Below, one piece after another: positions 1-12,067 of a stretch of 64,000 nucleotides of DNA (position 1 is its first letter; each line of letters begins with the position of its first letter). A model generated the notes under the pieces. The model was not told where the DNA came from. It was given only the letters and a program-made list of their open reading frames with translations, and searched no databases. The DNA is from Squalus acanthias (taxonomy: Eukaryota). The translations under genes were made by a program, and so were the position numbers. The stretch covers positions 149,732,001-149,796,000 of the forward strand of contig CM059431.1 of the NCBI GenBank assembly GCA_030390025.1. The letters run 5' to 3'.

Positions 1-474
1 TTCCCTTTTCCACCACTAATTCCAACACACACACACTCCCCCTGGGGTCCCTGTGATCGTCCGGTAGTTGTCGTTCCCAGTCAGCTGTATTGTCCCCTAT
101 ATCCATGCTCAGCATCCTGAGCCACCACCACCTATCCAGGGGAATCCGTCCGTTGCATGTGAGAAACACACGTTTCCCTTCAGTGACGCTGACACTTGTA
201 GCAACGACCTGTACCCTGGGGCACGGGATGGAGGCCTCCACGTAGGTGAACCCGGTCTGGCAGGAGTATTTTGCAGAGTTAGACCCTAGCCACCCTGGCC
301 ACCTTCCGTCATGGAAGTAAATAGCCAGCAACTCCACACCTGGTTTGCCACCCCCAGCGGTAACGATCGGCGCTCTCTCTCTCCCGAGCACCCATAAATG
401 TGGGAGTCCTCCACGTCACCTCGGTCACCGATGCTCACCCCTACCAGGGCGAGCAGGAGCAGAACCTTCCTCAT
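1..474 (-). pseudogene. env: env N-terminus of provirus A (signal peptide plus Ig-like domain), frameshifted
   Basis: MRKVLLLLALVGVSIG signal peptide from ATG 474; another frame reads CPRVQVVATSVSVTEGKRVFLTCNGRIPLDRWWWLR, matching CPKVRIIAPRISVTVGKRICLTCSGNVPLSRWWWLR of provirus B env. Confidence 0.88.
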
Positions 475-2849
475 GCCGATTTCCTCTTTGTAGGTACACA
501 CAAAACAGATAGTGATGTCCCGAGAAGGTTGTCTGGTTTGACAGGTGATCGAGTCTCGAAAATTTAAACATACTTAATTAAAATAATTGATTAAATCTAA
601 AACTACCAAAACTGTAAAACACACCTAAATACCTAAAGCTCTGTACATCCGCGGTCCGTCTCCGGACAGCCAGGATAATTCCTGTTTGACCTCTATTTTG
701 GGCAGCTTCTGAGCAGCCTGTACGCCTGGGCATAAGCTGGCCTGTATAGCAGGACCCGGAGAGTCCTTTTTAAAACAACTCAGGGTTTCCCTGAATCCCT
801 GATAATCCGGGGAGTGTCCCCTAAAGTTCTATATAATACTACCCCCATTGGTGTGGCTGCTGAGTCCCTGTCCTGTCCTCTGGGTTCCTCGCAGCCTGAG
901 GCCGCAGGCTTGTGAAACCCTCTTCTTAGAATGATCCCTGACTTTGCGTATCCCTTTTCGGGATGCGGCCCTTGCTGGGCTGAACCATTGATGTGCTGGT
1001 GGCCACGGTAGTTTTGGCTGTGGTGTGCGAGGAGACCTTCTCAGGACTCTGGCTACTGGGGGCTCGGCGTCCGAGTCCCACGTAATTGGTGGGGTAGCCC
1101 CTCCGGTGACACAAACCACTGCCCCTAACGGTGCGGTCTGTGAATCTGCCACAGTCGCTAGCTGTGGATCTCTACCTTTTGGGTGGTTCGTCCTTGCTGG
1201 CTGTTCCCCTTTGGGGTTAAAGAGCTTACACTGTATAATATGCAATCACTTCGTGTGGCGGGGCATTTTTATGGCGTAGAACATGGGGCTTGCCTTGTCG
1301 ACTATGCTGTAAGGACCCATGTACAGTGCTTCGAAACTCCATACCTGGGCAACATTTCTAACTATCACCTGATCCCCTATCTCCCAATCATGTTGCTTGC
1401 GGGGTTCTAGCAGCAGTCGGTTACTCCGATGCTGTTTTCCCATGTTGCTAGCAGCCTGCCAGTGAACCTGTTTAAGATGTTCAAACAGATTCCTGACGAA
1501 GCTGTCTCGGTTCACCTCTCAGCACCGGGGCTAGCACATGGGTGGGTACCACATAATACTACCAGTCATGAGCTGGTGTCGGGAATATTCCATGATTTTT
1601 GACTGGCTGGCTCGGATCCCCATTAGGACCAACGATAAGACTTCTACCCACTTCTTCGGTGAGTCTCCCGTTTCCTTCCATAGCCTTTTCTTAATGGTAT
1701 GGTTTAAATGCTCCACAGGACCCGATGACTGCGGGTTGTGGGCGATGTGTCATTTCCCTTCAATGCCGAATAACCTGAGCGTCTCTTGCAAGGCCTGCCC
1801 GGTTAAATGACTTCACTGGTCGGACTCCACATACTGCGGTAGTCCCCATCGTGAGAACACTTCCCTGAACAGGATCCTAGCCGTACCCAGTGCGGTAGCA
1901 GTACAGCATGGGAACGCTTCCACCCACATTGAGAACACATCCACCAGGACTAGGGAGTACTTAAAGCCTCCATGGGCGGTGGGTAGGGGCCCAATGTAAT
2001 CGACCTAGATCGACTGCCATGTTCCCTCTCCCCCCTGATGTGTCTCATAGATACGTTCATTTTCTGGGGGACTGGTTTGTTAGCAGCACCCATCAAACAG
2101 CCGGCACAAAACTCGCGAACCTCTTCCCTGAGTACTGGCCAACATCCTGTCTGTACCATCCATTGCCAGGTGGTCTCAGGTCTGGGATGAACCGCTCCTG
2201 GACCCTGATAGGCGAGTTGGAGGAGTTCCCTTCGGTGTTGCTGCGGCACCACCCACTGCTCCGCACTGAACAGCATGCCTTCCTTTACAGTGATGACTCC
2301 TGTGCCATAAGGGACCTCTATCTTTTCCCCTTTTTCCAGGGCGTTCAGGACGCCTTGAGGACGGAATCCTGGGCTTGAGCCTGCTTTATGTCAGGGGCCA
2401 AGGCTACCCCTGGGTGCCTACCTTGCTCCGGATTGCGGCTACCGAACCTGTTTGGTACAGATCCCAGAATACCCCTTCTCATGCCCCCTGTTTGGCCAGT
2501 TCGTCTGCCTTACAGTTACCCTCCCACCTGGGCTCTGTCTTTGAATGGTCCTTCACCTTATGGATAAAGACGTTCCCTTCCTCCCCCACGGCCGCCATGA
2601 TTTTCTACAGCAGGTGCTTTATGGTGAGGGGTTTCCCATTAGCGGAGGTATATCCGCGACGTGACTAGATGGCCAGGTACTCCGTACACGAATTGCATGT
2701 GAACATGCTGTCCGAGCAAATCTTGTATGGGGTATGGAACTTATCGGGGTGTGTAACCACGTATACTACCGCAGAAAGTTCAGCCTGCTGGGCGCTCATG
2801 GTGCTGGGGAGTTTAATTGCCAGGGCAATGCCTGCCTCCGGGTCATAAA

Positions 2850-5793
2850 AATTCTAAAAGTTCTAAGAGCGTTAAAAAACAAGCCTGAAGGCTTTGTGTC
2901 TTAATGCGAGGAGCATTCGTAATAAGGTGGATGAATTAGCTGCGCAAATAGAGGTAAACAAATATGATATGATTGGGATTATGGAAACATGGCTCCAGAG
3001 TGACCAAGTCTGCGCACTCAACATACAGGGGTATTCAATATTCAGGAAAGATAGGCAAAAAGGAAAAGAAGGTGGGGTAGCATTGCTGGTTAAAGATGTG
3101 ATTAACACATTTGTAAGGAAGTATATTAGCTCTGATGATGTGGAATCTGTATGGGTAGAACTGAGATATACCAAGGGGCTGACAACGCAATTGGGAGTGG
3201 TGTGTAGACTCCAATCAGTAATATGGAGTTTGGGGATGGCAATAAAGGGGAAATTAGAGATGCGTGCAATAAGAACGCAGCAGTTATCATGGGCGACTTA
3301 TATCTACATATAGATTGGGCTAACCAAATTAGTAACAATACTGTGGAGGAGGAATTCCTGGAGTGTATACGGGATGGTTTCCTGGACCAATATGTCGAGG
3401 AACCAACCAGAGATCAGGCCATCTTAGACTGGGTATTATGTAATGAGAAAGGATTAATTAGCCATCTTGTTGTGCGAGGCCCCTTGGGTCGGAGCGATCA
3501 TAATATGACCGAATTCTTCATTAAGATGGAGAGTGAAGTACTTGACTCAGAGACTTGGGTCCTTAATTTCAATACTATAAACTACGATGGTATGAGGCGC
3601 GAGCTGGGCAGGATTGATTGGGGAATGTCACTCAAAGTGTTGACGGTGGAGAGGCAATGGCAAGCATTCAAAGATCGCATGAATGAATAACAGAATTTGT
3701 TCATCCCAGTTTGGCATAAAAATAAAACAAAAAAGGTGACTCAACCGTGGCTAACAACGGAAATTAGGGATAGCATAAGATCCAAGGAAAGGACATATAA
3801 ATTGGCTTGAAAAAGCAGAAAACCTGAGGATTGGGAGCAGTATAGGATTCAGCAAAGAAGGACAAAGGGAATAATTAAGAGGGGGGAAATAGAGTATGAG
3901 AGTAAGCTTGCGAGAAACATATAAACGGACTGTAAAAGCTTTTATAGATATGGGAAGAGAAAAAGATTGGTGAAGTCAAGCGTAGGTCCCTTGCAGTCAG
4001 AATCAGGGGAATTTATAATGGGGAACAAAGAAATGGCAGGCCAATTAAATACATACTTTGATTCTGTCTTCACAAAGGAGGACACAAATAACCTCCCAGA
4101 GATGTCGGGGAACATAGGGTCTAATGAGAAGGAGGAACTGAAAGAAATCAGTATTTTTAGGGAAATGGTGTTAGGGAAATTGACGGGATTGAAGGCCGAT
4201 AAATCCCCAGTGCCTGATAATCTACATCCTAGGGTACTTAAGGAAGTGGCCCTAGAAATAGTAGATGCATTGCTAGTCATCTTCCAAATTTCTATAGACT
4301 CTGGAACATTACCCATGGATTGGAGGGTAGCTAATGTTACCCCACTATTCAAAAAAGGTGGTAGAGAGAAAACGGGGAATTATAGACCAGTAAGCCTGAC
4401 ATCGGTAGTTAGGAAAATGCTAGAGTCCATTATAAAAGATGTAATAGCTGAGCAGTTGGAAAAGAGTGACAGGATCGGACAAAGTCAACAATGATTTACA
4501 AAAGGCAAATCGTGCTTGACTAATCTACTGGAATTTTTTGAGGATGTAACTGGTAAAATGGATAAGGGAGAACCAGTGGATGTGGTGTATTTGGACTTTC
4601 AGAAGTCTTTCGATAAGGTCCCGCATAAGATATTAGCGTGTAAAGTTAAGGCATATGGGATTGCGGGCAAGGTATTGACTTGGCTAGAGGACTGGTTGGC
4701 AGACAGAAAGCAAAGAGTTGGAATAAATGCCTCTTTTTCCGTGTGGCAGGCGGTGACTAGTGGGGCACCGCAGGGATCGATCCGAGGACCCCAGCTATTC
4801 ACAATATATATTAATGATCTGGACGATGGAATTGGATGTAATATCTCCAAGTTTCAAGACGACACAAAGCTGGGTGGGAGTGTGTGCCGGAAGGATGATG
4901 CCGAGAAACTCCAGTATGATTTGGACAGGTTGGGGGATTGGGCAGAAGCATGGCAGATGCAATATAATGTGGATACATGCGAGGTTATCCACTTTGGTGT
5001 CAAAAACTGGAAGGCAGATAATTATCTGAATGGCAATAGATTGGGAGAAGGGGAAATGCAACGAAACCTGGGTGTCCTAGTGCACCAATCGCTGAAGATA
5101 AGCATGCAGGTGCAGCAGGCGGTTAAGAAGGCAAATGGTAAGTTGGCATTCGTAGCGAAAGAGTTCGAGCACAGGAACAAGGATGTCTTGCTGCAGTTGT
5201 ACAGGTCCTTGGTGAGACCACATCTTGAGTATTGTGTGCTGTTTTGGTCGCCTTTTCTGAGGAAGGGTGTTCTTGCCATGGAGGAAGTGCAGCGAAGATT
5301 CACCAGGCTGATACCCGGGATGGCAGGAATGGAATGAGGAGAGATTGGGTCGATTGGGCTTATACTCACTGGAGTTTAGAAGAATGAGAGGGGATCTCAT
5401 GGAAACTTATAAAAATTTAACTGGACTAGACACACTAGATGCGGGAAGGATGTTCCCGATAGCCGGGGAGTCCAGAACCAGGGGTCACAGTCTAAGGTTA
5501 CGGGTAACCCATTTAGGACTGAGATGAGGAGGAATTTATTCACCCGGAGAGTGGTGAACCTGTGGAATTCTCTACCACAGAAGGCAGTAGAGGCCAATTC
5601 ATTAAATATATTCAAGAAGGAGTTAGATATATTTCTTAAAACTAAAGGGATCAAGGGTTATGGAGAGAAGGCAGGGACAGGGTGCTGAATTTGAAAGATC
5701 AGCCATGATCTCATTGAATGTCGGAGCAGGCTTGAGGGGCTTAATGGCCTATTCCTGCTCCTATCTTCTATGTTTCTATATTTCTATGTTTCT
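2850..5793 (+). mobile_element. CR1 LINE (5'-truncated, near-full ORF2: APE endonuclease plus RT) inserted in RNase H of provirus A
   Basis: CLNARSIRNK, MGDLYL, NYRPVSLTS, YLDFQKSFDKV, FQDDTKL motifs; 3' UTR with (TTTCTATG)n tail; flanking ATAAA duplication at 2845-2849 and 5794-5798 restores the host pol sequence. Confidence 0.95.
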
Positions 5794-7156
5794 ATAAATT
5801 CCACACCCGGTGAGTCGCTCGCCAGTAGATACTGTGCTCGAACCGTCCACATAGATTTCGCGGCCTCTGGGGTATATCCAAGCCCGAAAATCTATGTTGA
5901 CTTCCCATAACCCTTCAATGAAACACCGGTGGCCAGTCCCTGCGTAGATCATGGTGGCTGCGAGCTTCGGCTCGCAGAGACCTTTCACCCTTAGATCTAT
6001 CCGAGAGAGAAGCAGGGTCCAGCGAGCAATACGGGCACTGCTCACTGTAACGTCTTTGATACTCCCATCTAGGAGCATCTGTATGGGCGTGTGATGGATG
6101 AGGAGGGTGATGGGAGATGTCCCTGTAAAGATCAATGATCTTTTCGCAGCCCAGTGAGTGGCGATGTGGTGCCTCTCACAGTTGGAGTAGCCGTTCTCCT
6201 CATCGGTGAGTTTCCTGGAGGAGTAAACCACCGGTCTCAGCCGGTCGTGCCTCTCTTGGAGCAGCACGGCACTCAGACTGCCCCGCTGGCTGCCACCTCC
6301 AGGAAAAACTCCCTCTCCCCATCAATGGCCCCTAGAGCTGGCACGGTCTGCAGATCTTAATTTAACTTGAGAAATGCTGTCTCGCCACCCTCGTCCCAGG
6401 CCCACTCTACACCCTTATGTAGGATTCGGAGCAGAGGGGCTGCGGTGTCTGCGTAATCCTCAATGAAATCTCTGCAGTACCCGGTTAGCCCTGGAAAGGA
6501 TCTCAGTCCTGTGACACCGTGGTGGGCTGGTAACTCATGCACTGCTTTCCTTCTAGCTTTGTTGATGGCCCTTTCCCCAGCGCGCACAGCTAGCCCTAGG
6601 AATTTGAATTAATGTTGGCTAATCTGTACCTTTTTTGGGTTTACTTTGAAGCCTCCTTGCCGGAGCAGCTCCAGCAGTTCAGCCAGTAGTGGACCGTGTT
6701 CCTCTCCCTCATCAGTGAAAAGGAGTAGGTAATCCACATACTGTACCAACTGCCTTGGCCGGGTGAAGCCCTTCAAACAATTCGCCATGCATTGGTGAAA
6801 AATGCTCGAGCTGTTGTGGAAGCCATGAGGTAGGCAGTTCCAGATGTACTGTTTGCCTTAAAAGTGAAGGTGAACTTGTACTGGTCCTCTCTTCATACTG
6901 GGATGGACCAAAACCTGTTGGAAATGTCCAGCACTGTGAAAGTGGTCGCAGCTGCTGGGATACTTCCGATGAGGTCGGCGACGGCTGCTACCGTGGGTGC
7001 ACAGGCGGAGATGTTACGGTTGAGTACCCGATAGTCCACTGTGGCCCTCCAGGAGTTGTCAGGTTTTCTAACCGGCCACGTTGGAGAATTTACGTGACTG
7101 GCTATCGGTCTCAATACCCCCTGTGTTACTAAAGAAGCCATGGCACTTTCCATGTC

Positions 7157-7333
7157 GTGTAGCCTGATCCTGCTCCTATTTTCTGTGTCCAATTCTGTTA
7201 GATTCAGGAGATGGTTCTGTGATAGTAGATTGGTGGTTACGATCAGATCAGCCATGATCTTATTGAATTGCGGAGCAGGCTCGAGGGGCGAATTGGCCTA
7301 CTCCTGCCCTATTTCTTATGTTCTTATGTTCTT
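7157..7333 (+). mobile_element. Short retroposon with CR1 3' tail inserted in RT of provirus A
   Basis: 3' half is the CR1 3' end (agatcagccatgatc...ggagcaggctcgagggg...(TTCTTATG)n); flanked by ATGTC duplication at 7152-7156 and 7334-7338. Confidence 0.85.
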
Positions 7334-7985
7334 ATGTCAGCTTCTGCCTCCCTGAGTAAATTGTATTGCTTCTGTGATCGCTCATTGGGTCCTCGCTGAC
7401 ACTAACCTCGACCCCCTTTTCCCTCCCACATTCGTGCTTGTGATTGGCAAATGCTGCGAAGTGTGCTCGCACAAATGCCTGGTAGGCCATCGGAGTGTTA
7501 CTGACCATTTGTTCGAGGTCGTAACCTTCCTTTGGTTTCAGGGTGCACAAGGTCCCCTTGCCCTGTTTCCCTAGTATGACTGCCACTTCAGATTCCCTGC
7601 CAGTACATGCTCCCCACAGACAGTGGTTCCTAAGATCCACTAGAATCCTGCGGCCTACGATATATTCGGCCCCCAGGATCCCCGTCCCTTTCCGCTCCCA
7701 TTTCATCAGGACACAGGTCCACTTGGTGTGGAGTGCTCCTAAATGAATGGACAGCGTGATGGAGAACGAGCCAGCCTGCTCGTTAGCTGTAAACCCCACT
7801 AAGCTGTACGGGACCCTGTTGGACAGAGGTGAGGCGGCGGGGTTGGCTGAATAGACTATGGTGCTGGAAGCTCCAGTATCAAACAGATAAGTCCCTTTCC
7901 GCTTCTCTCCCTCCATCCTACCGAGCGGTCTCTTCCATGCGTCGTACTCCAGTGGACACAGGTAGACAGGCTGCGCTGGCTCTAG

Positions 7986-9766
7986 TCAAAAGTCTCCGTT
8001 AGGGGGGTGGGGGGGGGGCGGCAGATGGGGTTAAAGCACCAGTGGCGGTGGTTACTTTCCCTGGGACGTTTACTAGAGCTCGGATCGCAGCCACGACCGT
8101 GTCTAACGTGGGGGAAGAGGTCGGTGCTTCGGTGCTTGTGGCAGGAACTGGGGAGTTCTTCCCTATGGTATCTTTACACGGTTTCCTACAGTCTTTTCTC
8201 CAATGCCCACTCTTCCCGCACCTGAAGCAGTTACGCTTCGTGTCGGGAGGTTTACCCCCTTCCTGGTGCCACTCTTTCTTATTACTATGCTTCATTTCGA
8301 GTACCTTTCCTTTGGGTGCGTGCTCTTCTGTCCCTCTACCGTTCCAGTAAGCCAGGGTCAGTTGTCTGACCACTGTCTCCTCAGTGACCCGGGTGTATTC
8401 GGGTCAAACCACAGCTCAGCCTTGGCCCTGATTCGTGGCAAGCTGTTTGCCACCAGCTTCGGAGCAACTGGGCCAGCTCATACTGATTCAGGTGAGCCCG
8501 GTCGAGAGCCCATTTACAGGAACTCCTGTACACAGGCCACAGTCGGTCTGCGAAAGCCTGTGGGGTCTCCCCAATAGCTGGGTTGTCTTCTCCACCCGGG
8601 AGAAAGTACTACCCGTTCATTCCCATGGCCTCCATAACTCCCACCCGGATAGCGGGGTATCCACCCTGCCCTCTTTTACTCTCTGCGGAGAGGGACTGGT
8701 AGATGTTGCTATCTAGGAAGAATTGGCGCATTATTGCCATCTCGGCATCATCGCAGTCATTGATGCCAGCTGCCTGCACTATTTCCATGAAGTGGACCGA
8801 GGGGTCCCCCTTTTGGGTTGAGCTTGTCCAGGTGGCTTATCATAGCCCTAAGCTGTTCGGTGCCATGGGGAGCAACGAATTGGCTTTCAAGAGTTCCTTG
8901 ACCCCCACCACTTCGGGAGGGCCAAACTTTTGCTGCCGGACCGGGCACATCGGCACCGGCACCGACCTTTCCTGCATTGGTTCGCCCTCCCCTCCCTGCT
9001 GCCAAACCGAGTCAAAACCCGGCGCCACAGGTGGTGGTGTGCTCTTCCTGACGGCCTCACAAATCGCCCGTCCCTCCTGCTGCCAAACCGGGTCGTACAC
9101 CGGCGCCACAGGTGGCGTCCGAACAGTTTCCCCTTGCACTTCCAGGTCCCACCGGGCCGCAAACGGGCTTAGTAGGCATAGATAGAGCAAGGTTCAAACT
9201 CTCGATTTGTTTCTGGCAGGGGCTGTGATCTCCCGCCCCATACAACCTAGTGATTGCTATCTTGTAAGCTGCCTGGACGGCTCTCAACCTCTCCTCATGC
9301 TCTCTTACTTGTTTGGCAAGGCGGGCGTTCTCTTCCCGCACCAACAGTTCACTGGTTTTGGCTTCGGTGACCTGACACTGAAAATATTCCTGCCTGTTTC
9401 TGTGTGTTTCCACTAGCTGCATTTTTTACCCTGATTTCGGGTGGTTAGCTCATTCAGTAATGTTTCTCCTGCTAGGGCCGTTGCTTGAGACAGCTGAGCA
9501 GACTCCTGCAGTTCTGCCTTAAGTGCCTCAACACGTTTGTCTAACAGCTGGATCTGCCGCTGGGAGCAGATAAACCAGATGGCCTTTTCCACAGATTCCC
9601 TGTGGTCTTTGCTCTCAGTCCATTTAGCTGCAGCGTCCATTGGACGCTCAACACGCAACAGACTGAGTACCCATTTCTTGGTTATGTTCACTTTCTCGAA
9701 CACATAGGAGGAAATCCTCTCTTCCATCTCGGGTTCTTTCCTCAAATACAATGTCCTCTGCATCAC
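7986..9766 (-). pseudogene. gag: gag of provirus A, frameshifted
   Basis: YVFEKVNITKKWV, QVTEAK coiled-coil, EQLRAMISHL and CCHC knuckle segments match provirus B Gag. Confidence 0.9.
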
Positions 9767-9782
9767 ATTACTTTTGCCATGC

Positions 9783-9799
9783 TCCTGCCACGGTCGCCA
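9783..9799 (-). promoter_or_regulatory. Primer binding site (tRNA-Arg type) of provirus A
   Basis: Minus strand TGGCGACCGTGGCAGGA 3 nt after the LTR end CCCTTACA; one mismatch to the provirus B PBS. Confidence 0.85.
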
Positions 9800-9802
9800 T
9801 TA

Positions 9803-10186
9803 TGTAAGGGGTGGCGGTTTGTGTCAGCTTCACCTCTGACTTCTCAGCGGTTCGAATCGCTCCCATTCCCTTGGTTCTAGTCCTTGGTCTTATTTGGGGG
9901 TTGTGACAAAAAATGCAGCAGACAACTGGTTTTGATACAAGAACGTTGATCTTTATTCAAGAAAGTAAAACACAACACAAACACTCTTAACACTCTAAAA
10001 GTGGGGAACACTTCGGTACAAGCGAGGGAAATAATATTAAAAGAGTACTACACCCCTCCCAATCCCACTTTACTAGCTAGGTTGGACTCCAGAGGAACAG
10101 GGATGATACTCACCAGAATCCTTGACAGTTAGGTTAGTTCGCGGTTTTAGGGTTCACTCTATATGTCGGTAGGTGTCTGCCGTACC
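9803..10186 (-). repeat. Truncated 5' LTR (R/U5 part) of provirus A
   Basis: Ends CCCCTTACA next to the PBS; AATAAA on the minus strand near 9952-9957; sequence largely unlike the provirus B LTR. Confidence 0.75.
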
Positions 10187-10250
10187 CTGGGGAATACGCC
10201 TGATCCGGGTTAGCCCTAAAGGGGCAAGGCCTGGTAATTATCCCTTCAGT

Positions 10251-10268
10251 TGGCGCCGAACGTGTGTG
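10251..10268 (+). promoter_or_regulatory. Degenerate tRNA-Lys1,2 PBS of the foamy-like ERV
   Basis: TGGCGCCGAACGTGTGTG, 2 nt after LTR end CCCTTCA; resembles the canonical foamy PBS TGGCGCCCAACGTGGGGC. Confidence 0.8.
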
Positions 10269-10511
10269 TTACTGAGTTGATACGGAACCTATACTTATAT
10301 TTATATCTATATCCATCTTGTAGATTGTTAAGTATAGACGGAGTGTTTTACTGACAATGGTACTTAGACATAGATTGAAGTCTCTAGTGATGACAAATCC
10401 CTGATCAGGCCTTGTAGAACTTAAATCAGAACTTCCTCAATATACCATTGAGGTCTAGAAATTTCTGATAAAGTTTATATTAAACCCTCACCGAGGTTCG
10501 GTCCTGACGAA

Positions 10512-12067
10512 ATGGCAAACCCTGTCGGAATAGGACACGTTTTTTTATTAGGAAATTCAATTGATTGCTTTATGAGGGGAAATAATCCTATCCCTGTACC
10601 GCCACATAATCAAGTTATATATTTTGAAATAGAAGGCTTTTGTGCCAACTGAGCCGTTAGAACTCATGGCACGATTGATGTTGATCCCCAGAACCAGGGG
10701 ATACAGAATAACCGGTGGGATAATCAAACAAATACTCCAAATCCACTAAATTCCTTAATGATAAGGTGCACACCCGCACAATTGGGAGGCCTAATTAATG
10801 GTACCCAAAAAGGTGGTGGTAACCAAGGTGGAATAGTAGGACCCGGAGCAGGCTGTGCTCCTGGGGGGCAAGGATTCCGGTTAAGGTGGCAAAATCCTGA
10901 TGAAATAAATGACCAGAATCTTAGATAAAACTTTAGACAGTTTAGAATCCATTATAATCAATGCCGACAGGCACTAGCTCCAGCTTATCTATTTGCTGAA
11001 GGCGCAGTGATTACTGGTCCAGTAAGCCAAACCCAGCAACCACACATTGCGCCCTTAGGACAAGTAAACCTAAGCTCTATCTACACAATATGTGGTAGAT
11101 CGGGAAATACCAGCCGGGAAAAAATCCTGGTGGATTCTAACTAATCTTGATAAATTGGAAAACTGTTGCCAAGATTGGAAAGCCCAACACCTGAGGCAAC
11201 TACTGCAAATGATACTAAGTTCAGACTTAATTCCCCCGTTAACAGATGAGTTCAAATATACGCCTATGTTCTCACGGCAACTCAGGGAGGGCATGTAATG
11301 TGTTCCATCAAGGGAATACTCACTAATACCGCCACAACTAAAGGGCTGGTAGCTGCCTACAGATTAGGCAAAGACCTTACACAGGATAACTGGGAAATTG
11401 TCCATAGTTGCCTGACCAATTAATACCAAAATACACCCACAAACTTGCCTTTGAGGGTGCTCTAAACGATTATCGAGATAATCAACAAAGATGGGGTAAT
11501 TTCAATCGCATTATCCAATTAAATCATGACCTCTTAAGTGTACCCCAAACTAAACATATGATGAGATCAGAAACAAGGGATAAAAAACCGGAACAGGTAT
11601 CTTTGGTAATCAGAAACATTGACTGTAAAGACCTAAATCTCAAGTCCAGACAAAAACTCGTGGCTCGGGACCCCCGAGAGGGTATTCCAGAAGGTTTACT
11701 CCCCCAACTCGCCCACAATACGAGAAAGATTTCTCCCCAGAAAGAAGGGATAGACGAGTGGCCAGACCTCGAAAGGAAAGTGAAGGACAGTGGACTTCCT
11801 ATTTGAACAGCTTTTACACTTGCCAAACAATCAGAGAGCCATGGGAGGACACGGGAAAACCGAAATGGGGATCAACAAGTTTCCTGGCAGAACCAACGTC
11901 CACCCCAACAGGAGGATCGTCAAGATAATAATCGGACCGACAAACCCCCTAAGGGATCTGGAAAACATGAAACCCCCAAGAGGGAGGGACAAAAATCAGT
12001 TAAAATAATTAAGGAAAAAACAGCAAATGAAACTGAGGATCCTCAGGATGAACAATCCTAGGATTGA
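10512..12067 (+). pseudogene. gag: Foamy-like gag, many stops and frameshifts
   Basis: PHNQVIYFEIEGF resembles the foamy Gag N-terminus; GLVAAYRLGKDLTQDNWEIV resembles the foamy Gag central domain; R/G/P-rich C-terminus with no CCHC knuckle seen. Confidence 0.7.

Larger units (their letters stand above)
829..7985 (-). pseudogene. pol: pol of provirus A (PR-RT-tether-RNase H-IN), disrupted by stops, frameshifts and two retroposon insertions
   Basis: ORF fragments 7332-7916 (PR), 6893-7255 (RT), 6357-6587, 5776-6267, 1950-2276, 1531-1716, 1246-1515 align piecewise to the 1486-aa Pol at 43912-48372. Confidence 0.92.
1..10186 (-). mobile_element. Degraded env-bearing LTR retroelement/ERV (lokiretrovirus-like, provirus A), runs off the window start
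   Basis: Fragmented gag (CFRCGKSGHWRKDC knuckle), protease (LFDTGAS), RT (VLDISNRFWSIP), RNase H (REIYVDGSS), integrase and env N-terminus, all colinear and homologous with the intact provirus at 39156-51891; PBS and LTR end at 9783-9810. Confidence 0.93.
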
